A stretch of DNA of 64,000 nucleotides, taken from positions 744,001 to 808,000 of the forward strand of contig OX597829.1 of assembly GCA_951406725.2 (NCBI GenBank), in the 5' to 3' direction. The position numbers were made by a program, and so were the translations under genes. Shown here in pieces: positions 27,160 to 41,404 of this stretch. The notes beneath the pieces were generated by a model. It did no database searches. It was not told the origin of the DNA and saw only the letters and a list, made by a program, of their open reading frames with translations. Each line of letters starts with the position of its first letter. Position 1 is the first letter of the stretch. The stretch comes from Octopus vulgaris (taxonomy: Eukaryota).

Positions 27160-27860
27160 TGCCGTAAGCCACTCTTCACTGGACGATCCTCAACTTCAAC
27201 TCCCACCATCCATACAGTGTAAAGAGAAGGATTGCTCAGTGCCTAAAACATCGAGCAAAGAATATAAGTATCGATCCTGATACACACCACGAAGAAATGA
27301 TCAAGCTCAGTAACAATCTGTTAAGCAACAACTACCCTAAAAACATCCTATCCACTCCAGTTTGGAAAAGGAGAGAGGATGTAACCAATAAATTGACCAC
27401 AGTCTGTCCACTCTATGTGAAAGGCCTCTCGGAAAAGACACAAAAGATATGCGGCCCATATGACATCAGGAGAGTATTCAAGAGTAATACAACACTTTGC
27501 AAATATCTCCTTCGAGTAAAACCACCAATAGAAGAGAATATGACGAAAGACTGCGTGTACTCCATCCCATGCAGCTGTGGTTGGTTATACAAAGGCGAAA
27601 CATGCTACCCACTCAAAATAAGGGTAGAGGAACATCGCAAAGCTGTGACACGAGATGTTGAACAATCGGGTATAGCTGATCATGTATGGAAAAGCAGAGA
27701 CCACCTTTCTCTGTGGGATGAAGTTAAAATAATAGAAAGAGAACACCACTAAAAGAGGCAGCACATATGCAAGGACACAGTAACCTCCCAAGTAGGCCAA
27801 GTGCAGATAGGAGTAGAATATGGGAGCCGGTATGAAGGAAGGATACAAGAATATTAGGTT
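27160..27860 (+). pseudogene. Penelope-like element (Penelope/Poseidon type), RT thumb + GIY-YIG endonuclease remnant
   Basis: LNFNSHHP...NNYP...YVKGLSEK...VFKSNTTL...CVYSIPCSCGWLYKGET...RVEEH...SGIADHVW...WDEVKIIERE. Confidence 0.85.
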
Positions 27861-27999
27861 TATAAGCCCTAAAATTCACTCTATAATTTGCCCACGGGCA
27901 TGTAATGGTTGAGAGCGCGGACTAATAATCCCAAGATTGCGAGTTCAATTGTAGGTAGTGCCTTGAATAAATAATAATAATAATAATAATGATAATAAT

Positions 28000-28081
<82 letters not shown>

Positions 28082-28090
28082 GTAATAGTA

Positions 28091-28139
<49 letters not shown>

Positions 28140-28365
28140 CAACAACAACAGCAACAACAATAACAACAACAACAACAACAACAACATCAGCAAAAATATT
28201 CAGAAGTAAACCGTTATATGCGGTACCCCAAAATCTCTAGAATTCAATGAGTGAAGCAATTAAAAAGGAATGATGATTTCTAAGAGCTGTTTGAGAATGT
28301 AGTTCCAGGTGTCTGCAAAGCAGCCTGATAATTTTGAGACTTTAATAAATGGTATTACTTCTAAA

Positions 28366-28596
28366 GGCGGCGAGCTGGCAGAAACGTTAGCACGCCGGGC
28401 GAAATGCTTAGCGGTATTCTGTCTGCCGCTACGTTCTGAGTTCAAATTCCGCCGAGGCCGACTTTGCCTTTCATCCTTTCGGGCTCGATTAAATAAGTAC
28501 CAGTTACGCACTGGGGTCGATGTAATCGACTTAATCCCTTTGTTTGTCCTTGTTTATCCTCTCTGTGTTTAGCCCCTTGTGGGTAGTAAAGAAATA
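28366..28596 (+). mobile_element. SINE family A, full unit
   Basis: 12-bp flanking direct repeat GGTATTACTTCT at 28351-28362 and 28597-28608. Confidence 0.92.
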
Positions 28597-29094
28597 GGTA
28601 TTACTTCTGTGACGCTTATTTTAGTTTCAGTAATACTAATACATTTAGAAAACATTTTTGTTCTTTCTGTCACTCTTTCTAACTGACTTAATTTTTTTCT
28701 TCAAGTAAAAAGCAAAAGAAGAATGATAATATTAATGCCTTACAAGAATGTGATATAATCAGCTAAAAGAAAATATGGCTTGAACCAAGAAGAGAGCACT
28801 TTAATTCAACATGGTTTATTCTTCAGACTTTGGATGTGATCGTGCCTTAAGGCAGAGAGAAAGAATCAAGTTTGATTACCTGGTTTTAAATAGCGTCAGG
28901 CTATGGAGGTAGAATAGAATCATCTAGATTGACAGGTTCACTTATGGGGAAAACCATTTAAAGAATAAGCGAAAAGAGAATGTTATTAAGACTATAGACT
29001 AAGAGAGGGGGAGAAAAATGTCTACTTAGATGAATGAAGAATAAGTGCTAAAGACAGACGAAGAAAGCCAGGGAAATTAGGAAAGGCGGAGGAT

Positions 29095-29152
<58 letters not shown>

Positions 29153-30513
29153 CAAGATGAACAAAGGAATAGGTGCTTTTAAGAAAGGAAACGAGGAAAA
29201 CGAATACGAAGTAAAAGTATTAGGAGAAGAAAGAAACAACTTTATTGCAAGGAACTTAGAAAATAAAATAATAAATAAATAAACAGATAAATGAAAAAAT
29301 GAATAATTTTAAAATGATGAAAAATAAAACCGAAAGAATAAATCAGTGAAAGTGGATTAAAATGGTAATGTGGAAGAAATAAGACGACTTTGGTAACTGA
29401 AAACACACTTCGAGGTGAAGTATTAAGGGCGGGAAAAAAAAGAAGAAAAATATGTAAGTTGAATTATGAAAGAAGTGAATAAGAAAAGAATGAAAAGAAT
29501 GAAAAACAATAAAAGACATAAAAATGGCAGATTGAAGGAGATTAGTAAGTTTAATAATGACGCGGATGAGAACGGAGGGGAAGGTGATGAGGACTGAAAG
29601 TGGGGGGTTAGCGGGCTGGCGAGGGTAGCGAGGGTGGCGAAGGTGGTGGTATGTGTGGGTGGGGGGTGGAGCAGGGTGAACTTAAGGGAGATGGGTAGGT
29701 AGGGAAATGATATAACAGTATTGGCGTTGTTGATGTTATTGTTGTTGGTGTTGCTGCTGTTTTTGTCGATGTTGATGATGATGATGATGATGGCTATGAT
29801 CAGGATCATGGTTTCTGTGTTGATGATGATGATTACGACGAAGACAAAGACAGTGAAGCTGATCGTGGCGGTGGTGATGGATCGTTTTCATGGTGGTGGT
29901 GGTGGTGGTGTGGATTTTGATGATGACGACGAAAAGGAAGAGAAGAGCGGGGATGGTAACGATGAGGATGATGATGATGATTACGATGACGAGAAGGAAG
30001 AGAAGAGTTGTGGGGGTGGTGATGATGACAATGATGATAATGATGATGATGACGATGACGATGATGATGATGATGACCATGACAACGACGACGACAATAA
30101 TGATGATGATGATGATGATGATGATGACGACGAGAAAGAAGAGCTGAGTAGAGTGGGTGGTGATTAAAATGACGACGATGGTGATTGCTCATAAAAGCCG
30201 ATAGTAACAGAAGAGAATTGAATCGACAGCAATGGCGAAATTCGTGTTGGTTTCTTTCGGCAAAGCAGCAGCAGCAGCAGCAGCAGGTAGCAGCAACGGC
30301 ATTGGTTGGTTGCTTAGATTAAGAGGTGAGTGAAAGTTAGAGGTGGAAGTTAGTGTTAGAGTGTCAGCAATTGTGACAGCAACGGCAGCGTTTAAAGGCA
30401 AGCAATAATGCCAACGGTGTTGGCGCTGGATTTAGAAAGAACACCACCAACACGTCATTGGCAAATTTCGCGATGCTCTTTTTGCATGTGTGTGTGTGTG
30501 TGTGTGTGTGTTT

Positions 30514-30556
<43 letters not shown>

Positions 30557-31142
30557 ATTCATTCCAGTTTTCATTTTTCTTTTTCTTTTCTTTTTCTTTT
30601 TCAATTTTATAGCAGAGAGGAGGAGGAGATAGCAGCTGTAAATCTTTGCATCATTGACAGCAGAAATGTCAGATTTTTACATCAATAATTTACGATGTCG
30701 TTCCTGCCCACAATTTCTATCCAGAATTCGTAGTGGATGATCATCATAAACCATCTATAACTCTCTCTTCTCTGCAAATTTCGTCCATTAGCGTTAGTAT
30801 TTCCAGGGAATAATCATTCCAAATTAAGACACACTGACAAAAGTAAAAAAGAAAAAAAGAACGACTACAAAACATTTCAAATAACTAGCCAGAGAAAATG
30901 TATTACTCTTATTATAGGAGCTAAACAAATTAATCGTCCTTTATATATTTCAATGCATGAACCTGCATTCCTATCTTCTTGATCACTACGCTGCCATTTT
31001 GTCCTTTAGATTTTGAGTAAATCTAAGACTATATCAAGTTCATATCTTCATTTTGCAAAAGTCGCCTGTAGACATAGAGACAAGCACACAGATACATATG
31101 CATACACAGATGCACACACATATACACACACAATATGTATTT

Positions 31143-31191
<49 letters not shown>

Positions 31192-31295
31192 AATATATAG
31201 ACACATATAGGTATATACACATATATAAACATATATATGTATATATACATATATATATATATAAATATATATTTATACAATATATATATACATGT

Positions 31296-31340
<45 letters not shown>

Positions 31341-32039
31341 CATACAAAACATACATGTATACATGTATAAACTCACACACGTTTATATATATATATATGC
31401 AAATATATATAACATAACGAAAACCACCTGCTCTATTACATTTTCCAAATGACCCTGCAGACACTAGAGGCGGAGTGGGGGCGGGGGAAGTCTTCCATTT
31501 TAAATGACGTTAGTAATACATATATATCATTCCCTCATGTCGGGGCTTCAGAATACACAAGGTCTGACTTCAATAAGATATTGATCATTTCTGTATCATG
31601 AACAAAGATGTCAGCTAATATTCTTGTATTTCGCTAACCACGAGATGCAATCTCGGTTCTCTGCTGAGGCCATTAAATTCAGTTACACTACTGCTTAATT
31701 CTGGAAACAAAATTTATTTGTTTCCAAACTAAGCACATCAATTTGGTTATATAACCAAACATATCATTTGGTTATATAATAATTAATTTAGATATACATC
31801 AGCAATATAATTAATTATATTTCATTACATAAATGTGACATTGCATTTAGATATATATATTCAGACTTGGTATTTCGAGATATAGCATTATGTAGCGATG
31901 TGTGCAGTGAATAGATATGTTGTGGCTTAGCATTAAGTTAAGACATCACAGCCCAGACACATATGATACTGTATTTAGATATATGACATTTTGCTTATAT
32001 GTGTGTGTGTGTGTGTGTGTACGCGCATATTTATGTATG

Positions 32040-32126
<87 letters not shown>

Positions 32127-32134
32127 AATCCTAA

Positions 32135-32330
32135 CCTGAAAACACAAAGAAAAACACAACAACGCGAGGACGTGGAACAAGTATAGTGTTATTGGACGCT
32201 CAGGAAAAAAGAAAGAAGGAGAATTTAACGTTTCGAGCGGAGCTCTTCGTCAGAAATGTAGGAAAAGGAAGGATCCAAGGAAGAGAAGAAAGAGGAAAAA
32301 ATCGCCAACGGTACACACGCGGTCACATTT
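32135..32330 (-). mobile_element. Penelope-like pseudo-LTR (family L2) with HHR at 32223-32257
   Basis: Minus strand auuu-CUGACGA-a-GAGC(UCC)GCUC-GAAACGUU-aaau; lies between microsatellites. Confidence 0.8.
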
Positions 32331-32348
32331 TGAATATATAGATATATA

Positions 32349-32421
<73 letters not shown>

Positions 32422-32430
32422 TATGTATGT

Positions 32431-32466
<36 letters not shown>

Positions 32467-32547
32467 ATAATATGTATATATATGTTTATATAGTATATAT
32501 ATATATATATATAGAACAAAACTTGATATATTATATATATATATATA

Positions 32548-34145
32548 TACATTCACATAAATGAAAAGGAAATGGAGATTTACGATTGACACATTTTAAT
32601 TTATTAACATAATATTATATTACTATTATTATTATATTATATAATACTAGCAGTAGTACCCGGCGTTTCGGAAAGATGATGCCTTACACTTGAGAAAAAC
32701 TTTTTTGAGCCCTACTTCGGCTACTGCGTTCGCGCAATGCTCTTCTGATTTCTGCACCTTACTCCTCAGCCCAGCGCAAGTGTTAGAACAATAACACTTG
32801 CGAATGAAGCAATAGAATGAAAGACAGATAAACTGCGCAAAAATATAACTTTTTGAAAGGCATCTTGGGTATTGATTTGATTCAAGAGGTTACCAAGGTT
32901 AATGCTGTAACAATGTCACGCCCCAAACCGTCTTTTCTCAAGTTTAAGGTCTCATGTTTCTGCAGTTTCATGGTAATTTATTAAGACCAGTGCAACGCCG
33001 GTTACTACTGCTAGTGAAATGGATGAAGGAAGTAGTAAGTGCTTACCAGTAGCTTGTGTAGTGCAGAGGCTGTTATTGCTTTAACTATCTCGTGCTACTC
33101 ATAGAAATCGCTTTCATTTATTGCAATGGGAAGCCTCAGTGCCGGATGTTTACTGTTATTGGCAGTGGCTATTTTGAGGTCACCTGGGGGTCACAATGTG
33201 TGTGCACACCATGGTGGAGATTAATTGTTTATGCATCGGAAAAGGAATGGGGTCAGTGTTCTGAGAAAAACAAATCAGGAGCTACCTCAAAAAAGGCATT
33301 TTGTTCGAATGAGATTTTGTAAAGTTGTGCTGAAACAAAGCGCAATTTAATGTAATAAACCATGGCATAAGACTCATTGGAGGAAAATGTATTCGTTTAC
33401 CGAGTTTGGTTTAAATCGGCTCTATGGTTCCGGTGCTATAGCTTGCCTTAAAGGCATATTTTTAAGTCAATTTTTCCCGTGCTGTGCTCAGACGAAACGG
33501 AATTTGAAAAAAATAATAACGAAACGAAAAACCTTGGGTTAGAATGCATAGGTATGTCAAGTTTGATCAAAATCGGACTACTTTATGAAAAAATCGATAA
33601 TTATCGATCGAGTTTTTGCGAAAACCTAACATTGATCGAAGCTTCGGAACATACCAAATGCATGTCTTAAATTTCAGTCGAATCGGTTATGTGGAACTCG
33701 AGTTATAAACCTTCGAACTTGCAATCATACATATACACACACACAGTTTCTGTTTTATAAATATATAGATAATAGAAATATAAATATTATAATCCTACAA
33801 TTGTTTTAGTTCAGACCCAATAATAAATTTATTAAAATTCGTATTTATGGATAAGAATCTCATCAAGGAAATATTTGACAAAAATTACATATGACTGTTC
33901 TAGGATCTATAAATCGTCTTATGTAATTTTCGTCAAATATTTTCCCTGATGAGTTTCTTACCCATAAACATGAATTTTTATAAAATTATTACTGGGTCTG
34001 AATTGAAACAATTGTAGGATTATAATATTTATATCTATATTAGATTAGATTAGATTATAATAATAAAATGATATTATGTTAATACATTAAAATGTGACAA
34101 TAGTAAATATCGATTTTATATTTATTTTTGAATATTGAATATATA
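32548..34145. repeat. AT-rich palindromic element carrying an HHR, left arm interrupted by a non-autonomous Helitron
   Basis: 33775-33895 mirrors 33918-34035, and 32548-32645 mirrors ~34050-34145; tcc-CTGATGA...GAAA-CAATTG-TA-gga at 33943-34019. Confidence 0.75.
32647..33769 (-). mobile_element. Non-autonomous Helitron
   Basis: Minus strand begins A|TCTATATATTTATAAAA and ends CCGAAACGCCGGGTACTACTG-CTAG|T (TC...CTAG in an AT target, no TSD). Confidence 0.75.
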
Positions 34146-34248
34146 CCCATTTGGAATGTGGAAACGTTTTTCTCTGCTATATTGGTATAAACCCACGAAA
34201 CCTGTGAAAAGTTGGATCTTTCCATCCCGTTTTCCTTGTATTGGATTT

Positions 34249-34295
<47 letters not shown>

Positions 34296-34399
34296 ATGAG
34301 TTCCGGTCTTGTAACTTTACTCTTACCGTTTTCCTTGTATTGGATTTTATGTATATATATATATATATATATATGAGTTCCGGTCTTGTGACTTTACTC

Positions 34400-35251
34400 T
34401 TGAAAATCAGCCCCGAGGTAGACCTGAGACCAAGGTGGATAATGATGAGCTGGAAACTGTAGTGGGAGCGATGTTTGATGTTTCGATTCCAACAAATCAG
34501 CAAGCTGAACAAGTGGGTACCACATGTATTGAACGAGCATCAAATGACACAATGTCTTGAAACTTGCTGCTCTTTACTGTCACGGCATATAAGTGAACTA
34601 TTTTTGCATCGTATGGTTATGTGGGATGAAAAATGGATTCTTTTCAACAATAACAAGCCTTCTGCACGCTGGTTGGATAGAGAGAGGGCCAAAACACAAT
34701 CCAGAAAAGAATATTCACCCAACAAAAAGCTAATAGTGTCTGTTTGGTTTTCCAGCGCGGTTGTCATCTACTACGGCTTCATGAGATTTATATATCAACC
34801 AGTTGGATGAAATGAGGAGTAGACTTGCAATTAAACAACCGAGATTGATCAATAAAGACAGGCCGATTCTCTTGCAAGACAATGCTTGACCACATGTTGC
34901 ACAAAGAACATTACTCAAATTACAGGAACTGAACTTGGAAGTACTCTGTCACCCGCCATATTCACCAGACTTTGCACCAACTGACTATCATGTTTTTCAG
35001 ACATTAGACAACTTTTTACAAGGAAAATAACTTCAAATCCGAAGAAACATGCAAAAACAGCCTTTTTGTGGTTTTCATCACCTTTTGCTCTCCAGAATTC
35101 TTTGCTGCCAGCATAAATAAACTACCGATAAAATGGCAAAATTGTGTTGATAATTTAGGTGCATATTTTGATTATCTGCATTGCTTTTTGCTGAGATAAA
35201 GTAAAATAAACTTTCAGTTCAAAATCGGACGTTTCATTCTTAAGGACTTGA
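34400..35251 (+). mobile_element. Mariner transposase relic, 5'-truncated
   Basis: WVPHVL, FLHRMVMWDEKWILF, PILLQDNA*PHVA, HPPYSPDFAPTDYHVF, KWQNCVDNLGAYFD. Confidence 0.9.
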
Positions 35252-37489
35252 TACTTTTAAACCCCAGGAAAACATCTTTTCCAGCTGGTTAACGACACAA
35301 AACCTGTGTTCGATATATTGTAAGGGAGTGAATCACTCCTCTCCATATTGGCAAGACCAGTAGATCATGGTTTCTGGGTCTTTACCTTTCATCGGTACTG
35401 GACACCTGCCTGCTAGAGATGGCAGTCAATCTTCCCTACTCACAATATATAAACATTACATTTTTCGAATGAAACCCACAGCTATTGTGGATGTTTCGGT
35501 TTATTCTTCTCGATGTGGTCATTCTCATTATCAGATTTGTTCTTGTTATTCGTGGCGGTGATGGTGTTGATGTTGTTGTTGAAATAAGTAATTGCATTGA
35601 TGGTTGTGGTGGGGGTGGGGGTGGGGTGGCAGTGGTGGTTGTTACCGATGGCTTCGTTTCTTGTTGTAATCATCATCGGTCGTAGTTGTCTCTCTTTTTC
35701 TGTTATTTGTCATCGTTGTTGGTGTTGTTGTTAATGGCAACTATTAGTATCAAGATAAGCAAAAACTGAATGAAATAAACGAAAGGAGAGAGGGAGAGTG
35801 TGTGTGTGTGTATGAGAGAGAGAGAGAGAGGGGGGAGAGCGAAAGGGAGAGAGGTAATAGAAAACAAAACGAGATTAAAAAGATTAAGAAAGATAAAGAA
35901 AGACGCAGAAGAGAACGAACGAAAACCAGAAAAAGAAAAACAAGAAGCAAAAAAAACCCCAAAATAAATAAGTAAATAAAAATTACAAGAAGCAGAAAAT
36001 GTAGCAGAAAGAAGGTCGCCATTGTCCATGGAATCGTAATTATGTAAATACAATATTTTAGGGATCTCTTGCTTTAATCTTGCTGAGTATCCGTGCGAGA
36101 TTTTATTTGTTAGTTTATCCGCCAGACTCCATTTTATATTTTTTATATTTTTTATTTATTTATGTTTTTTTCGTGTGTATGTGCGTGTATCTGTGGGCGT
36201 ATGTCTGCGGGTCAATGTTTCATTGAGCTTTTTGTTGTTGTTGTTGTTGTTTTGTGTGTGTTTTATTTTGTAATTTATATGTTCCATATGCTGATTTCAG
36301 TCAGTGATTAAAAGGCAGTTAAAAGGATATAATTAGATTCCATGGCTCAACCGTACGAGACACACAATTGAGGACTGATTGATCTCCCATAGCATTCTGG
36401 TCATTTAAACAACAACAACAACAAAAAAGAAAGAAAATACCTTCCTTTTTCCATGCTCCTCGCTCCTCTCACCACTACCATCACCACCTCCGCCGCCACT
36501 GCCAACGCCAACACCACAGCCACCATCGCACAGAAACGGAAAAGCAAGGAATGCTCTTTAGAGATCGGCACTTAAAATAGATAAATAAATAAATAAATAA
36601 GCAATATACTAAGATCATTGGTCTTCATCAGAATTGCATTTAAGCTCTTTCTCATGAGTTCTCATTCTCCTCCTCTTCCCTCAGCTCTCCTTTCTCTCTC
36701 TCTCTCTCTCACTTTCTCTCTCTAACTCATTTTGCTCGTTTCTTTTCTTTTTTTTTTGTATTTCTCACTGTCTCACATCGTTCTCGTACAAAAACATTCT
36801 TATGTCGATAGATACAAAGAGGAAGAAACGCACTCACATATGCCCCATGCGATTGAGTGCATGTATATATGTGTATACGTATGTGTGTGTGTGTGTGTGT
36901 GTATGTGTGTGTGAAGACGGAAAGAGAGACACACACAAACAGCGACAAATAGATCGATAAGCGAAAAGAGAAACCGGTGGGAAGGAGACAGAGAGCTTAC
37001 AAACCATCATTCATATACAGACATATGAACAAATAAACATTCTACAACTAACTCAGCATATTGAGCAGAAATTAATCACTTATTTCGTATGTTATTATCA
37101 TTATTTTCTCTATAGTTTATTTATTTGTTGTTTCGGCGAACAAACCACATCAGTAAGCTTACAATTCCTGTATTTTTCAGTCTTTATAAACACCCATTTT
37201 TTTCTTCTTCTCCTATCTGCCAATATCTGAATAACTGAGAAAATAACATTATTATTTTCCCCTACTTCAACGTGGTGCGTGGACAGAATCGGCAAAACGG
37301 TCAAACGAAGTCTGTGGTATTTAGTAGCATGTGTTTATGTTTTGAGGTCAATTGTTTTTGTTTGTTTGTTTTTTTACCTTCAATCCTCCTCTAAGGTTCG
37401 ATAAACTCAATAAAGGAGGAGATTCAATCAACTATGCCCTCGTTCTCTCTCTTTGAACCGTTTTTTTTTTTGGTTTTTTCTTTCTGTGG

Positions 37490-37708
37490 CTGTGTAGTTC
37501 TGTGACAAGAAGTTTACTTCCCAACCACAGGGTTCTGGATTCAAACCCACTGCAAGTAGCCTCGAGTCAACGAAAACCTTTTGAATAGATTTAGTAGATG
37601 GAAATTGAAAGAAGCCCGTCATATATATATTTACACACACATACATGCATACATATATATATACATACATACATACATATATATATATATATACATACAT
37701 ATATATAT

Positions 37709-37753
<45 letters not shown>

Positions 37754-38072
37754 TATATACATATATACATACATATATATGTATATATATATATATATAT
37801 ATACACATGTACATATATACATACATATGTATATGTATGTATATGTGTGTGTCTTTGTGCCTCTTTTTGTCCCGCCACCACCGCAGTACAAACCGGTGTT
37901 GGTGTGCTTATGTCTCCGTAACTTAACAGTTCAGAAAAAAGGGAACGATAAAATAAGTACCAAGCTTAAAAGAAAAATGACTGGAGCCAATTCGTTCGAA
38001 TAATATTCTTCAAGACGGTACACCCCCACCCCCTCCCCTGTATGGCCGCAGTCTAATGAATGAAACAAGTAA
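37490..38072 (+). mobile_element. SINE family B, diverged, with expanded internal microsatellite
   Basis: Head, GATTTAGTAGATGGAAATTGAAAGAAGCCCGTC and the ATGGCCGCAGTC...TGAAACAAGTAAAA tail. Confidence 0.75.
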
Positions 38073-38659
38073 AATATAATTATCTAAGAAATTCATATTT
38101 TCATCTTAGTGCGAAATCCATTTTTTACATTTGGTATTTCTACTGTTCATTATTGTGCTATGGCCATGGATCAGTTACTGTGCAAGAGATATGTAATCAA
38201 AGGGTTCCAACAGAGACCATCCCGAATCTTTCGCACTCAATGCACAATACACATATGAAGCATTGTCCAACATGCTTTTTTTTCTGGGTTGTATATCATG
38301 ATCTGATGGTGATTTGACTATACTCTTCAGCTTAATGAGTAACAGCACGGAATCTACTTCCTTAGATCCTACAACTAAAAGAGGAACTCCTGTAAGACAG
38401 TAGAACATGGCTACTGATTTCTTTATGTCATCTGCCTATACTACAATCAGAACGATATATTAATCACTTTTACTGCAAATGACAATCAACTGAATCTCCG
38501 AGGGACTTTGGGTAATAACTAATATGATGTTCTTTGGCTATGGAAACCCAATGAAAGTGAGTAACAGTTAGAGATCGTCTATTGTAGCTAATCGCTACGA
38601 CAACTTACTCCAGTCCAGTGAAAACAGACACGCAATGCCACCGATATATATATATATAT

Positions 38660-38697
<38 letters not shown>

Positions 38698-38905
38698 CTC
38701 GACATTTTAAAACTGATGTAATACTTACATTGTTTAATAAAATGAAGTAGCATGAAACAATTGTACTACTCTACCTTGGATATTCTTGTTGCTTATTTTG
38801 ATTATAATCACCCCATTTGATTTATATGGATAATACCGTACCAAATTCTGGCGCCTTTAACTTAAGTACCATATTCATCTGAATCTAAATTTTGCTGAAC
38901 TTATG

Positions 38906-39016
<111 letters not shown>

Positions 39017-39018
39017 GT

Positions 39019-39233
39019 AACATTACTATTGAGTTAGAAAACAGAGAGATTCAATGGACACAAATTAATTCACTAATTACTTAACATACTCACCTACAAT
39101 TGTTTCATTTCACAAAAAAATTAAAATTAAATTTTTGTTTGTAAAATGAAACAATTATAGAGGAATATATTAAGTAAATGATGAATTAATTTATATCCAT
39201 TAGATCTCTGTTTTCTAACTCGATAATAATGTT
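39019..39233. repeat. ~215-bp imperfect palindrome
   Basis: GAGTTAGAAAACAGAGA ... TCTCTGTTTTCTAACTC; contains CCTACAATTGTTTCA, the reverse complement of the HHR 3' half at 34004-34018. Confidence 0.8.
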
Positions 39234-39257
39234 TGATATTTTGCGATATTTTATATA

Positions 39258-40821
39258 TTAGGTTGTTCCGAAAATAATGGCCACTCTAAGAGTTGTGTTT
39301 TGAAACGCAACTTTATCATAGTATTTTAATTATATTTGAGGTGAATTTCGACATACTTAATAATTGACGTATGCTCTTCAATAAAATTCTACTTATTTCA
39401 GACAGAAAAGATTCTTGACGCATATGCGCCCTTAATTATGAACCTGACAAAATTAGACATTCGCTTACTTTCCTTGCATGAGTTCAAGCTCGGGCATAAT
39501 GCTCCCAAACTGCTGTCAATATCAACAGAGTATGGAGAGAGGGTTCCACAAGTGATTACACATCACGAAGGTGGTTTCAGAAATTCCGTAGTGGCGATGA
39601 GAGCCTTCAAGATGAAAGTAGAGGTCGGTCATGCAGTCTTAACAATGAACAATTAAAAGCAATTGTTGATCAAAACCCACGTCAAAGTGTCAGAGAAATG
39701 TCTCAGGCACTTAGTGTCGATATTGCAACGGTCTCAAGCAATCTGCAGAGGATTGGTAAGGTGAAAAACACCCGATAAGTGGGTACTGCATGCGCTCAAT
39801 GAAAATCAAAAATTTCGGCGTTTTGAAGTGTGCTCGATGCTCTTTCTGCGAAACACCAATGATCCTTTTCTTGATCGGATAGTCACTTATGACGAAAAGC
39901 GGATCCTTTATGATAACCGTAAACGATTAGATCAATGGCTTGATCGTGATGAGTCCCCCAAACATTTTCCAAAGCCAAAGTTGCATCAGCAAAATATTAT
40001 GGGGACTGTCCGGTGGTCTGCAATTGGTGTCGTCCATTACAGCTTTCTGGAGCCAGTCAGACCATTGCAGCAAAGGTTTACTGCAATCAACTCGCTGAAA
40101 CGCATGCTCACTTGCTTTGGAGAATTGGTGTGGCCCAATTCCGCTCCACGATAATGCAAAGCCACGTTTTGCGAGAATGATACTGCAAAAACTCAGACTT
40201 GAGATACGAGACTTTACCAAGACCTCCATATTCTCCTTATCATTCACCCACTGACTACCATTTTTTAAAGCATTTAAACATATTTGTAAGTGATACAACT
40301 TTCAGGTCCAAACCAGAGATGGAATCAGCTTTCAAAGATTTCTTAGCATCAAAGCCAAAAAGTCTTTATCAACGGGGCATAAATAATCTCGTTGATCGAT
40401 GGCAGAGATGCATAGATGTTCACAGCTCATACTTTGACTAATCAAAATATTTCTATTACTCTTTTACTCTTTTTACTCATTTACTTGTTTCAGTCATTTG
40501 ACTGCGGCCATTCTGGAGCACCGCCTTTAGTCGAGCAAATCGACCCCGGGACTTATTCTTTGTAAGCCCAGTACTTATTCTATCGGACTCTTTTTGCCGA
40601 ACCGCTAAGTGACGGGGACATAAACACACCAGCAGCGGTTGTCAAGCAATGCTAGGGGGACAAACACAGACACACAAACATAGACACACACATACATATA
40701 TATATACATATATACGACAGGCTTCTTTCAGTTAATTTTTGTTAATTTTTGTTAATATTGTTAATTTTTCCAGAATAAAATTAGGTTTCTGAAATCGGCC
40801 ATTATTTTCGGAACAACCCAA
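39258..40821 (+). mobile_element. Full-length decayed mariner with TIRs and TA TSD
   Basis: TA|TTAGGTTGTTCCGAAAATAATGGCC ... GGCCATTATTTTCGGAACAACCCAA|TA; LHEFKLGHNA, FLDRIVTYDEKRILYDN, LHDNAKP, PPYSPYHSPTDYHFLKHL; a SINE B is inserted at 40455-40732. Confidence 0.95.
40455..40732 (-). mobile_element. SINE family B, 5'-truncated, nested in the mariner
   Basis: Reverse complement of the family B 3' half. Confidence 0.9.
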
Positions 40822-40857
40822 TAATATCCCCTTAAGAGGTTTAGATATCCTTATTGT

Positions 40858-40926
<69 letters not shown>

Positions 40927-41300
40927 TGGGTGGAGAATTTTGAGACAAACCGCTATTTCGTTATTCAATCAATACTGAAAAGATATTATCTATAATACCC
41001 ACATAGAAATTAATTAAATATATTATAATTATTAATCTAAAAATTACAAAACAAATCAAACATTAAATCGACTACGCGCGTTTTATGACTATATATAAAT
41101 CGATAATATGAAAAGTTGATTGAATAACTAAATAGCGGTTTGTCTCTAAATTCTATATATATACTTAATATATTGTGAACTTTTGATTTAGTGTGCTAAA
41201 TTGAATTTTATTTCCCTGTTGGCTTGGAATTTTTACATTCTCTATCTATTAATTAATTAATTATATATATATTTATATATACATACATACATACATACAT

Positions 41301-41384
<84 letters not shown>

Positions 41385-41404
41385 GCTTATATATATATAT
41401 ATAA

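Noticed and set aside
30189-30401. 70-aa ORF with poly-Ala
   Set aside because: Built around (CAG)n in a repeat-rich region; no coding evidence
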